From an uncultured Planctomycetaceae bacterium (lineage in GTDB: Bacteria > Planctomycetota > Phycisphaerae > Phycisphaerales > Zrk34), in assembly GCA_964620345.1 (NCBI GenBank), contig CAZUHK010000001.1, positions 4,544 to 68,543 of the forward strand: a stretch of DNA of 64,000 nt. Direction: 5' to 3'. The notes beneath the pieces were generated by a model. The model did no database searches. It saw only the letters and a list, made by a program, of their open reading frames with translations, and was not told the DNA's origin. The translations under genes were made by a program, and so were the position numbers. Positions 47,345 through 56,799 of this stretch are shown here, piece after piece. Position 1 is the first letter of the stretch. Every line of letters starts with the position of its first letter.

Positions 47345-48919
47345 TCAATTCGCCAACTCACCGAACAGCGCCAGCGGCTTGGCGGTGCGGATGGTGACCG
47401 GGACGATGGCGCCGACGAGGGATTCATCGCCGTCGAAGATGACGATCAGGTCGCCGGGGGTGCGGCCGGAGAGTTGGACGGGCTCGGCGAGCGCGGTGGC
47501 CCCCCCGGCGTGGTCGCTGAAGCGACCACGCCGGGCGCCACGCAGGGCGCCGCCGATGCGCACTTCCACGTTCGACTCCTCGCGCTGCTTGCGGGCGTGA
47601 GCGCTGGCGCCTTCGACCAGCACGTCCACCGTCCGTCCCACGTAGCTCGCGTGAATCTGGCCGCTGATGCGGCTCTGCACGGCCAGCAGCGCGTTGTTCC
47701 GCATCCGTTTCACCTCGTCGGGCACGTCGTCGTGGAACCGGTCGATCGCGAGCGTGCCGGGCCGGGGTGAATACTTGAAGATGAAGCTGTTCTTGAAGCG
47801 GCAGCGTTCGACCAGATCGACGGTCTTCGCGAAATCCGCGTCGGTCTCGCCGGGGAAGCCGACGATGAAATCGCTGGCGAGCTGGATGTCGGGCATGAAC
47901 GCGCGGGCCCGATCGACGAACGCCACGTACTCATCCGCGGTGTACTCGCGGTTCATCGCGGCCAGCACGCGATCCGAACCCGACTGCGCCGGCACGTGCA
48001 GGTACTGACAGATGCGCGGCGATTCGGCCATCACCGCCAGCACGTCGTCGCCGAAGTCGCGCGGGTAGCTGGTGACGAAGCGCAGGCGTCGGATCGCGGG
48101 CACCTGCTCGTGAATCCGCCGCAGCAGGTCGGCGAAGGTGGTGACGCGCCGGCCGACGTTCCACCGGCTCTGGGCCCGCTTGAACGCATCGCGCCCCGGG
48201 CCGACCTGCGGCTGCTCGCGCCCGCCGATCGTCACCGCCGCGCCGTGGTCGTAGCGGTAGTGGTTCACCGTCTGGCCCAGCAGCGTGATCTCGATCACCC
48301 CGGCCTCGGCGAGCTTGCGGCACTCGTCCACGATGTGGTCCGGCGGGCGATGCACCTCGGCGCCGCGGGTGAACGGCACGACGCAGTACGTGCAGAACTT
48401 GTTGCACCCGCGGGTGATCCTGACGTACGCCGAGCCGCGGTGCTGTTCGGGCGACATCGAGCGCGACAGGTCGAGCAGCTCGAGCTGATCTTCCGCGGCC
48501 GCGAGCGTGCCGCTGCGGCGGTGGGTGTTGCCCTGCAGCGCGATCTGCTTGTCGGCGGTCTTCATCGCGTTGTCGATGAGCATGGGCACCTTGTCCAGCT
48601 CGCCGGGGCCGGCCATCAGGTCGATCTGCGGCAGGCGCGAGGCCATGTCCGCGCCGTCGCGCTCGGCCATGCAGCCCAGCACGCCGATCACCACGCCCGG
48701 CCGCTTGTCCTTGAGCTCGCCCAGCCGCGAGTAGACCTTGTTCTCCGCCTGCTCGCGCACCGAGCAGGTGTTGAACAGAACCACATCCGCCCCATCGCGG
48801 TCGTCGGTGAACGCATACCCCAGCGAGCGCAGCGACGACGTGACCAGCTCACTGTCCAGCACGTTCATCTGGCAGCCGAAGGTTTCGAGATAGACGGTCT
48901 TTCGCGGCGAATCCGACAT
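47345..48919 (-). CDS. miaB: tRNA-2-methylthio-N6-dimethylallyladenosine synthase MiaB
   Basis: VYLETFGCQMNVLDSE, radical-SAM CNKFCTYC, TRAM domain at the C-terminus. Confidence 0.9.
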   Translation of the reverse strand: MSDSPRKTVYLETFGCQMNVLDSELVTSSLRSLGYAFTDDRDGADVVLFNTCSVREQAENKVYSRLGELKDKRPGVVIGVLGCMAERDGADMASRLPQIDLMAGPGELDKVPMLIDNAMKTADKQIALQGNTHRRSGTLAAAEDQLELLDLSRSMSPEQHRGSAYVRITRGCNKFCTYCVVPFTRGAEVHRPPDHIVDECRKLAEAGVIEITLLGQTVNHYRYDHGAAVTIGGREQPQVGPGRDAFKRAQSRWNVGRRVTTFADLLRRIHEQVPAIRRLRFVTSYPRDFGDDVLAVMAESPRICQYLHVPAQSGSDRVLAAMNREYTADEYVAFVDRARAFMPDIQLASDFIVGFPGETDADFAKTVDLVERCRFKNSFIFKYSPRPGTLAIDRFHDDVPDEVKRMRNNALLAVQSRISGQIHASYVGRTVDVLVEGASAHARKQREESNVEVRIGGALRGARRGRFSDHAGGATALAEPVQLSGRTPGDLIVIFDGDESLVGAIVPVTIRTAKPLALFGELAN

Positions 48920-48951
48920 CGCGGCGATTATAGCCCGGCGGCGCGGGCCGA

Positions 48952-49833
48952 TCAGAGTCGGCCGTCGTACGCCGCGGTCCAAAGCTCGAACCAGTAGGCG
49001 AGCTGCTGATACGGGGCGTACTGCTGGTAATGCTCGCGGGCCGCGGCGGCGACGGCCGGCGCATCGCCGCTGCCGCCGTGGCGCTGGCGGAAGTGGCGGA
49101 TGGTTTCGGAGTCCACGGCCAGGCGATCGAAGCGGTCGAGCAGTTGCAGCACGTTGCTCGCGGCGTAGTCGCCGAAGCCGTGGATGGCGCGCAACGCTTC
49201 GTACAGTTCATCGCTGGTGCGGCCGGGCCGCTCGAACCACGCCAGGTCGAGTCGGCCTTGGTGAACCTCACGCGCAAGCCGGACGATACGCTCGGCGCGG
49301 TAGCCGACCCTGCACGCCTGCTTGAGCTTCGCCGGGCTGCACCGCGCGATCTCCGCGGGCGTGGGGAAGTCGCCATCGCGACCGACGTGCTCGCAGATCA
49401 GGCGGTTCATCTGCATGGTATTCGCCCACGCCACGTTGCAGCCGGTGATCGTCTTGACCATGTCCTCGAACATCGTGGGTGAGCGGAGCAGCCGGCCGAA
49501 GTTCCACCGTCGGGCCTCGGGGTTGAGGCGCTGGAAGCGATCGAACAGGCGCGGGTCGGTGTTCAGGTGCAGCATCCGCGCGACCTGCTGCTTGAGCGTG
49601 GCGTGGTGAGCCCGGGCGACTTTGCGATGGCAGCGGATCGTCGACACCCCACGCCGCGCCTCGTGCGTCACCGCCGCGCGGACCACCCGCCCCGCCGCAT
49701 CGCGCAGCGGCCGGTGCAGCGTGCGCGTCGGCTCGTCCCACCGGTTGGGCGCGAGGACGAAATATCCGTAGCTGCACACCGCGGCGCGCAGGTCGAAACG
49801 GCGCGGCGTGGGGAGAGTGAGCGTCGTGGGCAT
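48952..49833 (-). CDS. HhH-GPD superfamily DNA glycosylase (AlkA-like)
   Basis: HhH region LRAIHGFGDYAAS and TITGCNVAWANT. Start set at MPTTLTL. Confidence 0.65.
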   Translation of the reverse strand: MPTTLTLPTPRRFDLRAAVCSYGYFVLAPNRWDEPTRTLHRPLRDAAGRVVRAAVTHEARRGVSTIRCHRKVARAHHATLKQQVARMLHLNTDPRLFDRFQRLNPEARRWNFGRLLRSPTMFEDMVKTITGCNVAWANTMQMNRLICEHVGRDGDFPTPAEIARCSPAKLKQACRVGYRAERIVRLAREVHQGRLDLAWFERPGRTSDELYEALRAIHGFGDYAASNVLQLLDRFDRLAVDSETIRHFRQRHGGSGDAPAVAAAAREHYQQYAPYQQLAYWFELWTAAYDGRL

Positions 49834-49927
49834 GGGCGGAGTATAGCCCCCGGAGCTTGCGGCTCCCGGCGTGCTGGCCGACAATGATCGCCACGGCAAA
49901 CCAAGGGGCGGCGTCTTGCAGATTCAG

Positions 49928-50308
49928 ATGGAGCTATCGCGGATCCTGATCGCCGAGACGCGCGATTACCAGCTCATCGAGCTGCGCGAGGTGGACGGCG
50001 AGCGGCGCCTGCCGATCGTCATCGGCCTGTTCGAGGCCGCCGCCATCGAACGCCGGCTCAAGGGCATCGAAATCCGCCGGCCCCAGACGCACGACCTGCT
50101 GGCCCAGACCATCGAAGCGATGGGCGGCCGGCTCGAACGCATCCTCATCAACGACCTGCGCGACGACACGTTCTTTGCCCGCCTCGTGGTCGACCGCGAC
50201 GGCGAGCGGATCGACATCGACAGCCGCCCGTCCGACGCGATCGCCCTGGGCATCGCCAACGACGTGCCGATCTTTGTCGAAGCGCATGTCCTCGACGCCG
50301 CTCACTGA
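49928..50308 (+). CDS. bifunctional nuclease family protein (DUF151)
   Basis: LPIVIGLFEAAAIERRLKG...RPQTHDLL...IDSRPSDAIALG. Confidence 0.8.
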   Translation: MELSRILIAETRDYQLIELREVDGERRLPIVIGLFEAAAIERRLKGIEIRRPQTHDLLAQTIEAMGGRLERILINDLRDDTFFARLVVDRDGERIDIDSRPSDAIALGIANDVPIFVEAHVLDAAH

Positions 50309-50316
50309 AAGCGCCC

Positions 50317-51144
50317 ATGCCCAAGCCCGATCCGTCCCGCATCGATGTCGCCCCGTTCCGCGTGCCGGCGGGCAATGCGGTGGACCTGCACCAGTGGCCG
50401 ACCAAGACCTCGCCGGGCATCGGCCGCGAGGCCGGCAGGCAATTGCAGCACAAGCTCGAGAAGCGCCTCAGCGATCTGCAGGAAGTCTTCTACGCGCAGC
50501 ACAAGCACGCGCTGCTGATCGTGTTTCAGGCGATGGATGCCGGCGGCAAGGACTCGACCATCCGCCGCGTGTTCGGCCCGCTGGACCCGCAGGGCATGCA
50601 CGTGGCGGACTTCAAGCGTCCCACGGCCCGGGAGTTGGATCACGATTTTCTGTGGCGCATCCACCGCCGCACGCCGCCGCGGGGCATGATCCACGTCTTC
50701 AACCGCTCGCACTACGAAGACATCCTCATCGTGCGCGTTCACAACATGGTGCCCGAGCCGCGCTGGGCCAAGCGCTACGACCACATCAACGCCTTCGAGC
50801 GGATGCTGGCCGACGAGGGCACGACGATCGTCAAGTTCTTCCTGCACATCTCCAGGGACTACCAGCGCAAACGGCTGCAGCGTCGGCTGGATCGGCCGGA
50901 CAAGCACTGGAAGTTCAACCCCGAAGACCTGGCCGAGCGGGCCAAGTGGGACGACTACCAGCACGCCTACGAAGCGGCGATCGAGCGCTGCAAGGCCGAT
51001 CACGCGCCGTGGTACATCGTGCCGGCCGAGCGCAAGTGGTACCGTTGCCTGGTCGTGGCGCAGGTGCTGATCGACCTGCTGGAATCGATGGGGCTTGAGT
51101 ATCCCAAGCCCACGTTCGACCCGTCCGATATCACGATCGAGTAG
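50317..51144 (+). CDS. ppk2: polyphosphate kinase 2 family protein
   Basis: LLIVFQAMDAGGKDSTI ... FNRSHYEDILIVRVH. Confidence 0.9.
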   Translation: MPKPDPSRIDVAPFRVPAGNAVDLHQWPTKTSPGIGREAGRQLQHKLEKRLSDLQEVFYAQHKHALLIVFQAMDAGGKDSTIRRVFGPLDPQGMHVADFKRPTARELDHDFLWRIHRRTPPRGMIHVFNRSHYEDILIVRVHNMVPEPRWAKRYDHINAFERMLADEGTTIVKFFLHISRDYQRKRLQRRLDRPDKHWKFNPEDLAERAKWDDYQHAYEAAIERCKADHAPWYIVPAERKWYRCLVVAQVLIDLLESMGLEYPKPTFDPSDITIE

Positions 51145-51297
51145 GCCGCGGCGCCGCCGGTCATTCGGCCTTCACCGCCCAGACGTTACAGCCCAACCGC
51201 GAGCGACGGGTTGGATTGTCGCACGGTTAATGTCGCGCGGGGCCTCGCCGATGGTTGGCATGGATCAGACACAAGCCCGACACAGGAGGTGTTCGAT

Positions 51298-51780
51298 ATG
51301 GGCCAACCCAATGGCGTGCGGATCGGCGAGCTGCTGGTGGAAGCCGGCGTGCTCAGCCGCGAGCAGGTGGACGAGATTCTCGCCGAGCAGAAGCGCATCG
51401 GCCGGCCTTTCGGCGACCTGGCCGAGCGGATGTTCAGCGTCGAACCCCAGGCCATCGAGCGCGCCTGGATCGAGCAGTACATCGCCCTGGGCACCGAGGT
51501 CGATCTGGACACCCAGCACGTCGACATCGAGGTGCTGCGCCTGCTCAACCGCCGCCAGGCCTGGCAGTTCCGCCTGCTGCCGCTGCGTCGGGAGCACGAG
51601 GAGATGGTCGTGGCCACCACGCGCCACGACCTGCCCCGCGCGGTCAACTTCGCGTGGCGGAAGTTGAACGACCCGGTCTTCTTCGTGATCGCCAAGCGCC
51701 CGCAGCTCGAACGGTTCCTGATGGAACACTACCCCTGGCCGGCGATGGCCGAGTACGAAGCGCTCGCCGCGTCGCTGTGA
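51298..51780 (+). CDS. stand-alone MshEN (T2SSE N-terminal) domain protein, predicted c-di-GMP receptor
   Basis: RIGELLVEAGVLSREQVDEILAEQ fits the 24-residue MshEN motif RLGxxLLxxGLIxxxxLxxxLxxQ. AGGAGG lies 8 nt upstream of the ATG. Confidence 0.75.
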   Translation: MGQPNGVRIGELLVEAGVLSREQVDEILAEQKRIGRPFGDLAERMFSVEPQAIERAWIEQYIALGTEVDLDTQHVDIEVLRLLNRRQAWQFRLLPLRREHEEMVVATTRHDLPRAVNFAWRKLNDPVFFVIAKRPQLERFLMEHYPWPAMAEYEALAASL

Positions 51781-53091
51781 TTAATCGGTGGATGGCGCGG
51801 GCTCATCGCCCGGCAGGCCGCAGACGCGCACCGCGCCGGGGCCCAGGGTGATCGCGTTCTTGCCCTGGCGTTTGCTCTTGAGCATCATGTCATCGGCGAT
51901 CTGAACCAGCGCTTCACCGGTCTGCCCGTCCCACGGGTAGCTGGCCAGGCCGCCGGAGATGGTGAGCGTGCCGCGCGCCAGGTCGCCGAGCTTGGGGAAC
52001 TTGTGCTGGCAGATCGCCTGCTGGAACCGGGCCGCGGCGCGGCGGACCGAATGCGGGTGCTGCGAGTCGATCTTGCGCGGGGCGTCGGCGTCCCAGAAGA
52101 TCACCGCGAACTCATCGCCGCCGACCCGAGCCACCACGTCGTGCCGGCGGACCACGGTCTGCATCAGCCGCGCCGCCTCACGCAGAATCTCATCGCCCGC
52201 GGCGTGGCCGTACTCATCGTTGTACCGCTTGAAGTCGTCGATATCGAACAGCATCAGCGTCACGCGGAAATGCTGCTCGGCGGCCCGGCGAAGGATCGAT
52301 TCGAGGAACTGCCGGAAGTATCGCCGATTCCAAGCGCCCGTCAGCTCGTCGCGCATCGCCAGCCGCTTGAGCTCGATGATCCGCCGCTCCACCGCCAGCC
52401 ATTTCGCGGCCCAGTCGGCGTGGGCGATCAGCTCGCGGTCGCTGTGATCGTCGCTCACCAGGTACCCCAGCGATTGCTCGCCGCGCATGATCGGCACGCA
52501 GGCGTGGGCGTCGAGGTCCGGCTCCGCGGCCCAGAGCAGCGTATTCCCCACACGCCGACGCAGCAGCTTCACGATCGTGTCGCACAGCGACCCACGCTCG
52601 GCGAGCAACTGGTCGATCAGCACCCCGGCCTCGGCGTCGTGATCGACGCTCGACGACGGCGCGGGCTGCGGGGACTGGCGCGGCAGCTCAGCCCGCGGCG
52701 CGGGCGTTTGGACCGGCAGTTCGTCGCGATGAGCAACGATGTCCGCCAAGGCATCGGCCAGCTCGCCTCGCCGCAGCGGCGTGACGAAGTAGTCATCGAA
52801 GCCCAGCCGCACGGCGCGCATCGCCGCCGGCTCGTGCGCCGGATCGACCACCAGCAGCAACCGCGCATCGCTGCCCGCCAGCTCGCGCAGGGCCCGGGCG
52901 GTGGCGGCTTCCTCGCCGAGCATCGGTTCGATCGAGCCGACCACCGCGTCGATCGGCCGGTCGGCCAGCTCGCCCAGGGCTTGAAGGTAATTGCCGACGC
53001 GCACCGCCGGCGCCGCGCCGGCGCCGGTTCCGGGCCAGTCGGCGTCGCCGACGTAGATCACGCGCGAGCTGTGGGGCGCCGTGATGTTCAT
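51781..53091 (-). CDS. diguanylate cyclase (GGDEF) with degenerate receiver-like N-terminal domain
   Basis: RDELTGAWNRRYF ... RRHDVVARVGGDEFAVIF, i.e. intact GGDEF and an RxxD I-site. Confidence 0.85.
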   Translation of the reverse strand: MNITAPHSSRVIYVGDADWPGTGAGAAPAVRVGNYLQALGELADRPIDAVVGSIEPMLGEEAATARALRELAGSDARLLLVVDPAHEPAAMRAVRLGFDDYFVTPLRRGELADALADIVAHRDELPVQTPAPRAELPRQSPQPAPSSSVDHDAEAGVLIDQLLAERGSLCDTIVKLLRRRVGNTLLWAAEPDLDAHACVPIMRGEQSLGYLVSDDHSDRELIAHADWAAKWLAVERRIIELKRLAMRDELTGAWNRRYFRQFLESILRRAAEQHFRVTLMLFDIDDFKRYNDEYGHAAGDEILREAARLMQTVVRRHDVVARVGGDEFAVIFWDADAPRKIDSQHPHSVRRAAARFQQAICQHKFPKLGDLARGTLTISGGLASYPWDGQTGEALVQIADDMMLKSKRQGKNAITLGPGAVRVCGLPGDEPAPSTD

Positions 53092-53582
53092 GCCCGCTCG
53101 CCCTCCGATTCGTCCGGCCAATCGCCCAGCAGCATCGCCAACTCCTGCTCGCTGAGCAGCGGTTCGTCGTCGGCCGGCGGCGGGTCCAGGTCGCGCGGCA
53201 ACGGATCGTCGGGCGGCGCGGATGGCGCGGCCGGTTCGGGTCGCTCGCGCGCGTCCGTCCACCGCGCCAGGGCCGGGCGGTTCTGCCAGTCGTACCGCCA
53301 GACCGGCACGCGGGGGTGATACTCCGCCACCGCCGCGCGCAGCGCCTCGGCCGAGCGCAGCATGCTCGGCTCGACGATCACCAGCACGTGCCCGGCCGGC
53401 TCACGCTCGCGCGCCAGCGCGACCATCACCGCCGGGGCGTCGTGTACCTCGGCGACGCGCACCTCGCGGCGGCGCAGGCCTTCGACCAGATCGACCGGCG
53501 CGTCGTAGCCGCGCGGCAGCCAGAGCGTACACCTTGCCGTGCCGCCGCCGTCGGCCTCGTTCTGTGTCGCGCGTCTCTGCAT
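53088..53582 (-). CDS. hypothetical protein, translationally coupled (ATGA) to the GGDEF gene
   Basis: 164-aa ORF with GC3-rich codons and an acidic/proline-rich tail. Confidence 0.5.
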   Translation of the reverse strand: MQRRATQNEADGGGTARCTLWLPRGYDAPVDLVEGLRRREVRVAEVHDAPAVMVALAREREPAGHVLVIVEPSMLRSAEALRAAVAEYHPRVPVWRYDWQNRPALARWTDARERPEPAAPSAPPDDPLPRDLDPPPADDEPLLSEQELAMLLGDWPDESEGERA

Positions 53583-53742
53583 ATCGCCGTCATAATTCTA
53601 CCGCGCGGCGCGGCCGAGGCCCGCGGAATCCGCCCCGAGCCGCCAATCACCCGCCGCCGCGCCGTTGCCGGCCGCACGCCTTGCCCAGCTTCACCCGCAT
53701 CGCGACCGCGCCGGCCGCCGGCTTGTGCTACCCTCTCGCGGC

Positions 53743-54588
53743 ATGTCGCTGCTGGCGCTGACCATGCCCTTCGCCGATTCGCCTCACCCCGCGCTCAGTT
53801 GGGCGCTCGCGGGCGCGGCGGTGGTGATCATCGGCATCGCCAAGAGCGGCTTCGGCGGCGGCGTGGGCATCATCGCCGTGCCCATGTTCATCTACGCGCT
53901 CGATTCACCGGCCAAGGGCATCGGCACGCTGCTGCTGCTGCTGATCGCCGCGGACATCTTCAGCGTCTATCACCACTGGGGCACGTGGGACAAGCTCAAC
54001 CTCAAACGCATCTACCCCGCGTCGCTCGTGGGCATCGCGATCGGGGCGATGATGCTCGCGGCGTTCACCACGCGCGCCGACGGCGGGGCCGTGGCCCAGA
54101 CCGCCGGCTCCGAGCGGGCGCTCAAGCTCATCGTCGGCATCATCGCCGCGGCCTACCCGCTGCTCGATCAGGTCAAGGCCCGCTACGCCGCGCACTGGTC
54201 GATCAAACCCACCTGGCTGGCCGGGTCGATCGCGGGGCTCACCGCGGGCGTCGCCTCCACACTTGCCCACGCCGCCGGACCGGTCACCAGCATCTACCTG
54301 CTCGGCCAGCACATGGACAAGCAACGCTTCATCGGCACCAGCGTCATCTACTACTTCACCATCAACTCGATCAAGGTCGTCCCCTACCTGATCCTCGGCC
54401 TGATCGCGACCGACACGTTCGTCCTGCAGCTCATGCTCCTGCCGCTGATCCCCGTGGGCACGTTCACCGGCACCCGACTGCACCGGATCATGAGCGAAAA
54501 GGTGTTCCGCAACGTCATCATGGTGCTGATCTTCGTCACAGGGTTGCAGATGATTACGGGGTTCAACCCGCTGGCGCTGTTGCGCTGA
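53743..54588 (+). CDS. TauE/SafE family sulfite exporter-like membrane protein
   Basis: IGIAKSGFGGGVGIIAVP and about 8 TM segments. Confidence 0.85.
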   Translation: MSLLALTMPFADSPHPALSWALAGAAVVIIGIAKSGFGGGVGIIAVPMFIYALDSPAKGIGTLLLLLIAADIFSVYHHWGTWDKLNLKRIYPASLVGIAIGAMMLAAFTTRADGGAVAQTAGSERALKLIVGIIAAAYPLLDQVKARYAAHWSIKPTWLAGSIAGLTAGVASTLAHAAGPVTSIYLLGQHMDKQRFIGTSVIYYFTINSIKVVPYLILGLIATDTFVLQLMLLPLIPVGTFTGTRLHRIMSEKVFRNVIMVLIFVTGLQMITGFNPLALLR

Positions 54589-54615
54589 CGCGGGACAAGC
54601 CCCGCGGCTAAATGC

Positions 54616-54842
54616 GTGGCGGCGCGGTATCATCAACTCGTCATGGCCGAAACCGGGAACGAACTGTCACCGCAGGACGCCATCACACCTTGCCCTTCGG
54701 GGCAAGGTGTCGCACCCGACAGACGCGGCGCAACGCTGCAACCTGCTCGAGCCGACACTACAGCACCAAGCAAGTTGCGGCTTACGCGGTCCGAGAGAAT
54801 GACGGTTGGCTGGTCATCACGGCGATCGTCAAGTACTTCTAA
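54616..54842 (+). pseudogene. DUF4258-like toxin gene interrupted by a 68-nt repeat (tentative)
   Basis: The N-terminal part (ARYHQLVMAETGNELSPQDA) and the C-terminal part (KQVAAYAVRENDGWLVITAIVKYF) are in different frames. Removing 54681-54748 joins them in frame. The stop is 10 nt before the DUF2283 gene. Confidence 0.4.
54681..54748 (-). repeat. palindromic repeat unit (copy 2), reverse orientation relative to 9503-9570
   Basis: About 60 of 68 positions identical by eye. Stem ACACCTTGCCC-ttcg-GGGCAAGGTGT. Confidence 0.7.
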
Positions 54843-54852
54843 GGCCCCGATC

Positions 54853-55092
54853 ATGAAGCTCACCTACGACCCGGAACACAACATCGCGTACCTGCGGCTG
54901 CGGGAGGCGGGCGCGCAGGTGCAGACGGTGACGCTCAGCGATGAGGTGAACGTCGACCTGGCGCCCGGTGGCACGCTCTACGGCATCGAACTGCTGAATG
55001 CCGACGCTCAGTTGAGCAACGGCGGCAAGAACCTGTTCGAGGTGCTCAACCAGGTCTCGGGCGAATCGCGCGAGTTGGTCCTGCCGTTGTAG
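54853..55092 (+). CDS. DUF2283 domain protein (antitoxin-like partner of DUF4258)
   Basis: MKLTYDPEHNIAYLRL ... GTLYGIELLNA. Confidence 0.8.
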   Translation: MKLTYDPEHNIAYLRLREAGAQVQTVTLSDEVNVDLAPGGTLYGIELLNADAQLSNGGKNLFEVLNQVSGESRELVLPL

Positions 55093-55147
55093 GCCGGCAC
55101 GATCGTGTCATGACGGCCCGGCATCGGCCGCGTACAATCGGGGTGAG

Positions 55148-56398
55148 ATGAGCAGCGACACGAACAATCCACTCGCCGCCGCGGCGCGGCGGTTGTACAT
55201 GGACAACGCCGCGACGAGTTTTCCCAAGCCCCGCGCTGTGGTCGACGCGATGGTGCGGTACAGCACCGAGCTGGGCGCGTCGCCGGGGCGGGGCAGTTAT
55301 CGCGAGTCGGTCGAGTCGGGCCGGCTTCTCGATCAGTGCCGGCAGCGGATCAGCACGCTGATCAACGGCGAAGACCCGTCGCAGGTGGTGTTCACGCTCA
55401 ATTGCTCCGATGCGTTGAACCTGGGCATCAAGGGCGTGGTCGGCGCGGCCGCGGCGCGCGGCGACAAGCCCCACGTCATCACCACCGACCTGGATCACAA
55501 CTCGATCCTGCGGCCGATCAACCGGCTGGTGCGCGATGGGCTGGTCGAGCAGACGCGTGTGCCGATCGATCCACAGACCGGGTTGGCCGACCCGGCGGAC
55601 ATCGCCCGCGCCATCAAGCCCCACACCAAGCTCATCGCCCTGCTGCATGCATCCAACGTGACCGGCACGATGCAGGACATACAGACGATCGGCGACATCG
55701 CGGCCGAGCACGGGGTGCTGTATCTGGTCGACGCCGCGCAGTCCCTGGGCCATTACCCGATCGACGTGCGGGCGATGCACGTCGACCTGCTGGCGGCGCC
55801 GGGGCACAAGGGGCTGCTCGGCCCGCTGGGCACGGGGCTGCTGTACATCCGCCCCGGCGTCGAGCGATGGATGACCACGCTGCGCGAAGGCGGCACCGGG
55901 TCGGTCAGCGAAAGCGACGATCAGCCCGAGTTCATGCCCGACCGGTTCGAGGCCGGCTCGCACAACACGCTGGGCATCGTGGGCCTCAACGAAGGCGTGA
56001 AATACATCCTCGACCGCGGCGTGGAAAGCATCTGGGCCCACGAGCGGGCGCTGATCAAGACGATGCTCGAATCGCTGACCGATTGGGGGCAGATGCCGGG
56101 GTTCACGCTGTTCGGCCCGACGGGAATCAAGCACCGCTGCGGGGTGTTCAGCGTGAAGATCGACGGGCTGGCGCCGCACGAACTGGCGGGCGTGCTGGAA
56201 ACGCGGTACGGCATCCTCACCCGCGCGGGCCTGCACTGCGCGCCGGGGGCGCACGGCACGATCGGCACGACTTGCGGGGGTGGGACGACGCGGCTGAGCT
56301 TCGGGCCGTTCCTTACGATCCAGGACGTGAAGTACGCCGCCGACGCGCTGGGGCAGATCTGCCACACGATGGCCGACGCGGCGACCGCGAGCGGGTGA
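55148..56398 (+). CDS. aminotransferase class V / cysteine desulfurase family PLP enzyme
   Basis: YMDNAATSFPKP ... VDAAQSLGH ... APGHKGLLGP. Confidence 0.85.
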   Translation: MSSDTNNPLAAAARRLYMDNAATSFPKPRAVVDAMVRYSTELGASPGRGSYRESVESGRLLDQCRQRISTLINGEDPSQVVFTLNCSDALNLGIKGVVGAAAARGDKPHVITTDLDHNSILRPINRLVRDGLVEQTRVPIDPQTGLADPADIARAIKPHTKLIALLHASNVTGTMQDIQTIGDIAAEHGVLYLVDAAQSLGHYPIDVRAMHVDLLAAPGHKGLLGPLGTGLLYIRPGVERWMTTLREGGTGSVSESDDQPEFMPDRFEAGSHNTLGIVGLNEGVKYILDRGVESIWAHERALIKTMLESLTDWGQMPGFTLFGPTGIKHRCGVFSVKIDGLAPHELAGVLETRYGILTRAGLHCAPGAHGTIGTTCGGGTTRLSFGPFLTIQDVKYAADALGQICHTMADAATASG

Positions 56399-56475
56399 GG
56401 GGCAAAAAATAAACCGCCAATTCACTTGCCCGGCCGCGTCGCACGAACGATGATGTTAATGGCGGTGGAGCGATC

Positions 56476-56799
56476 ATGTTCGGAAACGAGCGTCAATTCG
56501 AGCCCGGCGACTTGGTCGTGTACTGCAAGACCAAGCACTCGCCGCGTCCCGGGCCCCGCGCCAAGCAGATCGACCCGGAGCCCCGCGGCGAGGATTACAC
56601 CTACCGCGTCGATAAATACTGGGTGGTGATGGACCTGCGCGACACCGGCGACGTCGTGGTCCAGACGCGCCGCGGCAAGCGGCACCTGCTGCCCGCCGAC
56701 GACCCCAACCTCCGCCACGCCACGCTGAGCGAGCGCTGGCTCAAGGCCCGGCGATTCCCCGCGTTCGACCCGGCGCTACCCGCATCAGCCGCACCTTGA
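56476..56799 (+). CDS. hypothetical protein
   Basis: 107-aa ORF with GGTGGAG 5 nt upstream of the ATG. No family recognised. Confidence 0.55.
   Translation: MFGNERQFEPGDLVVYCKTKHSPRPGPRAKQIDPEPRGEDYTYRVDKYWVVMDLRDTGDVVVQTRRGKRHLLPADDPNLRHATLSERWLKARRFPAFDPALPASAAP

Noticed and set aside
55086-55130. GTAG-headed GC-rich palindromic unit (GTAGGCCGGCACGATCGTGTCATGACGGCCCGGCA) right after the DUF2283 stop. It resembles the end of the IS630-like element and a REP.
   Set aside because: Similarity to 18465-18503 is patchy (TAGGCCGGC, ATCGTGT, CCCGGC), with no second end or target duplication. It could be a REP-like unit, but two loose copies are insufficient evidence.
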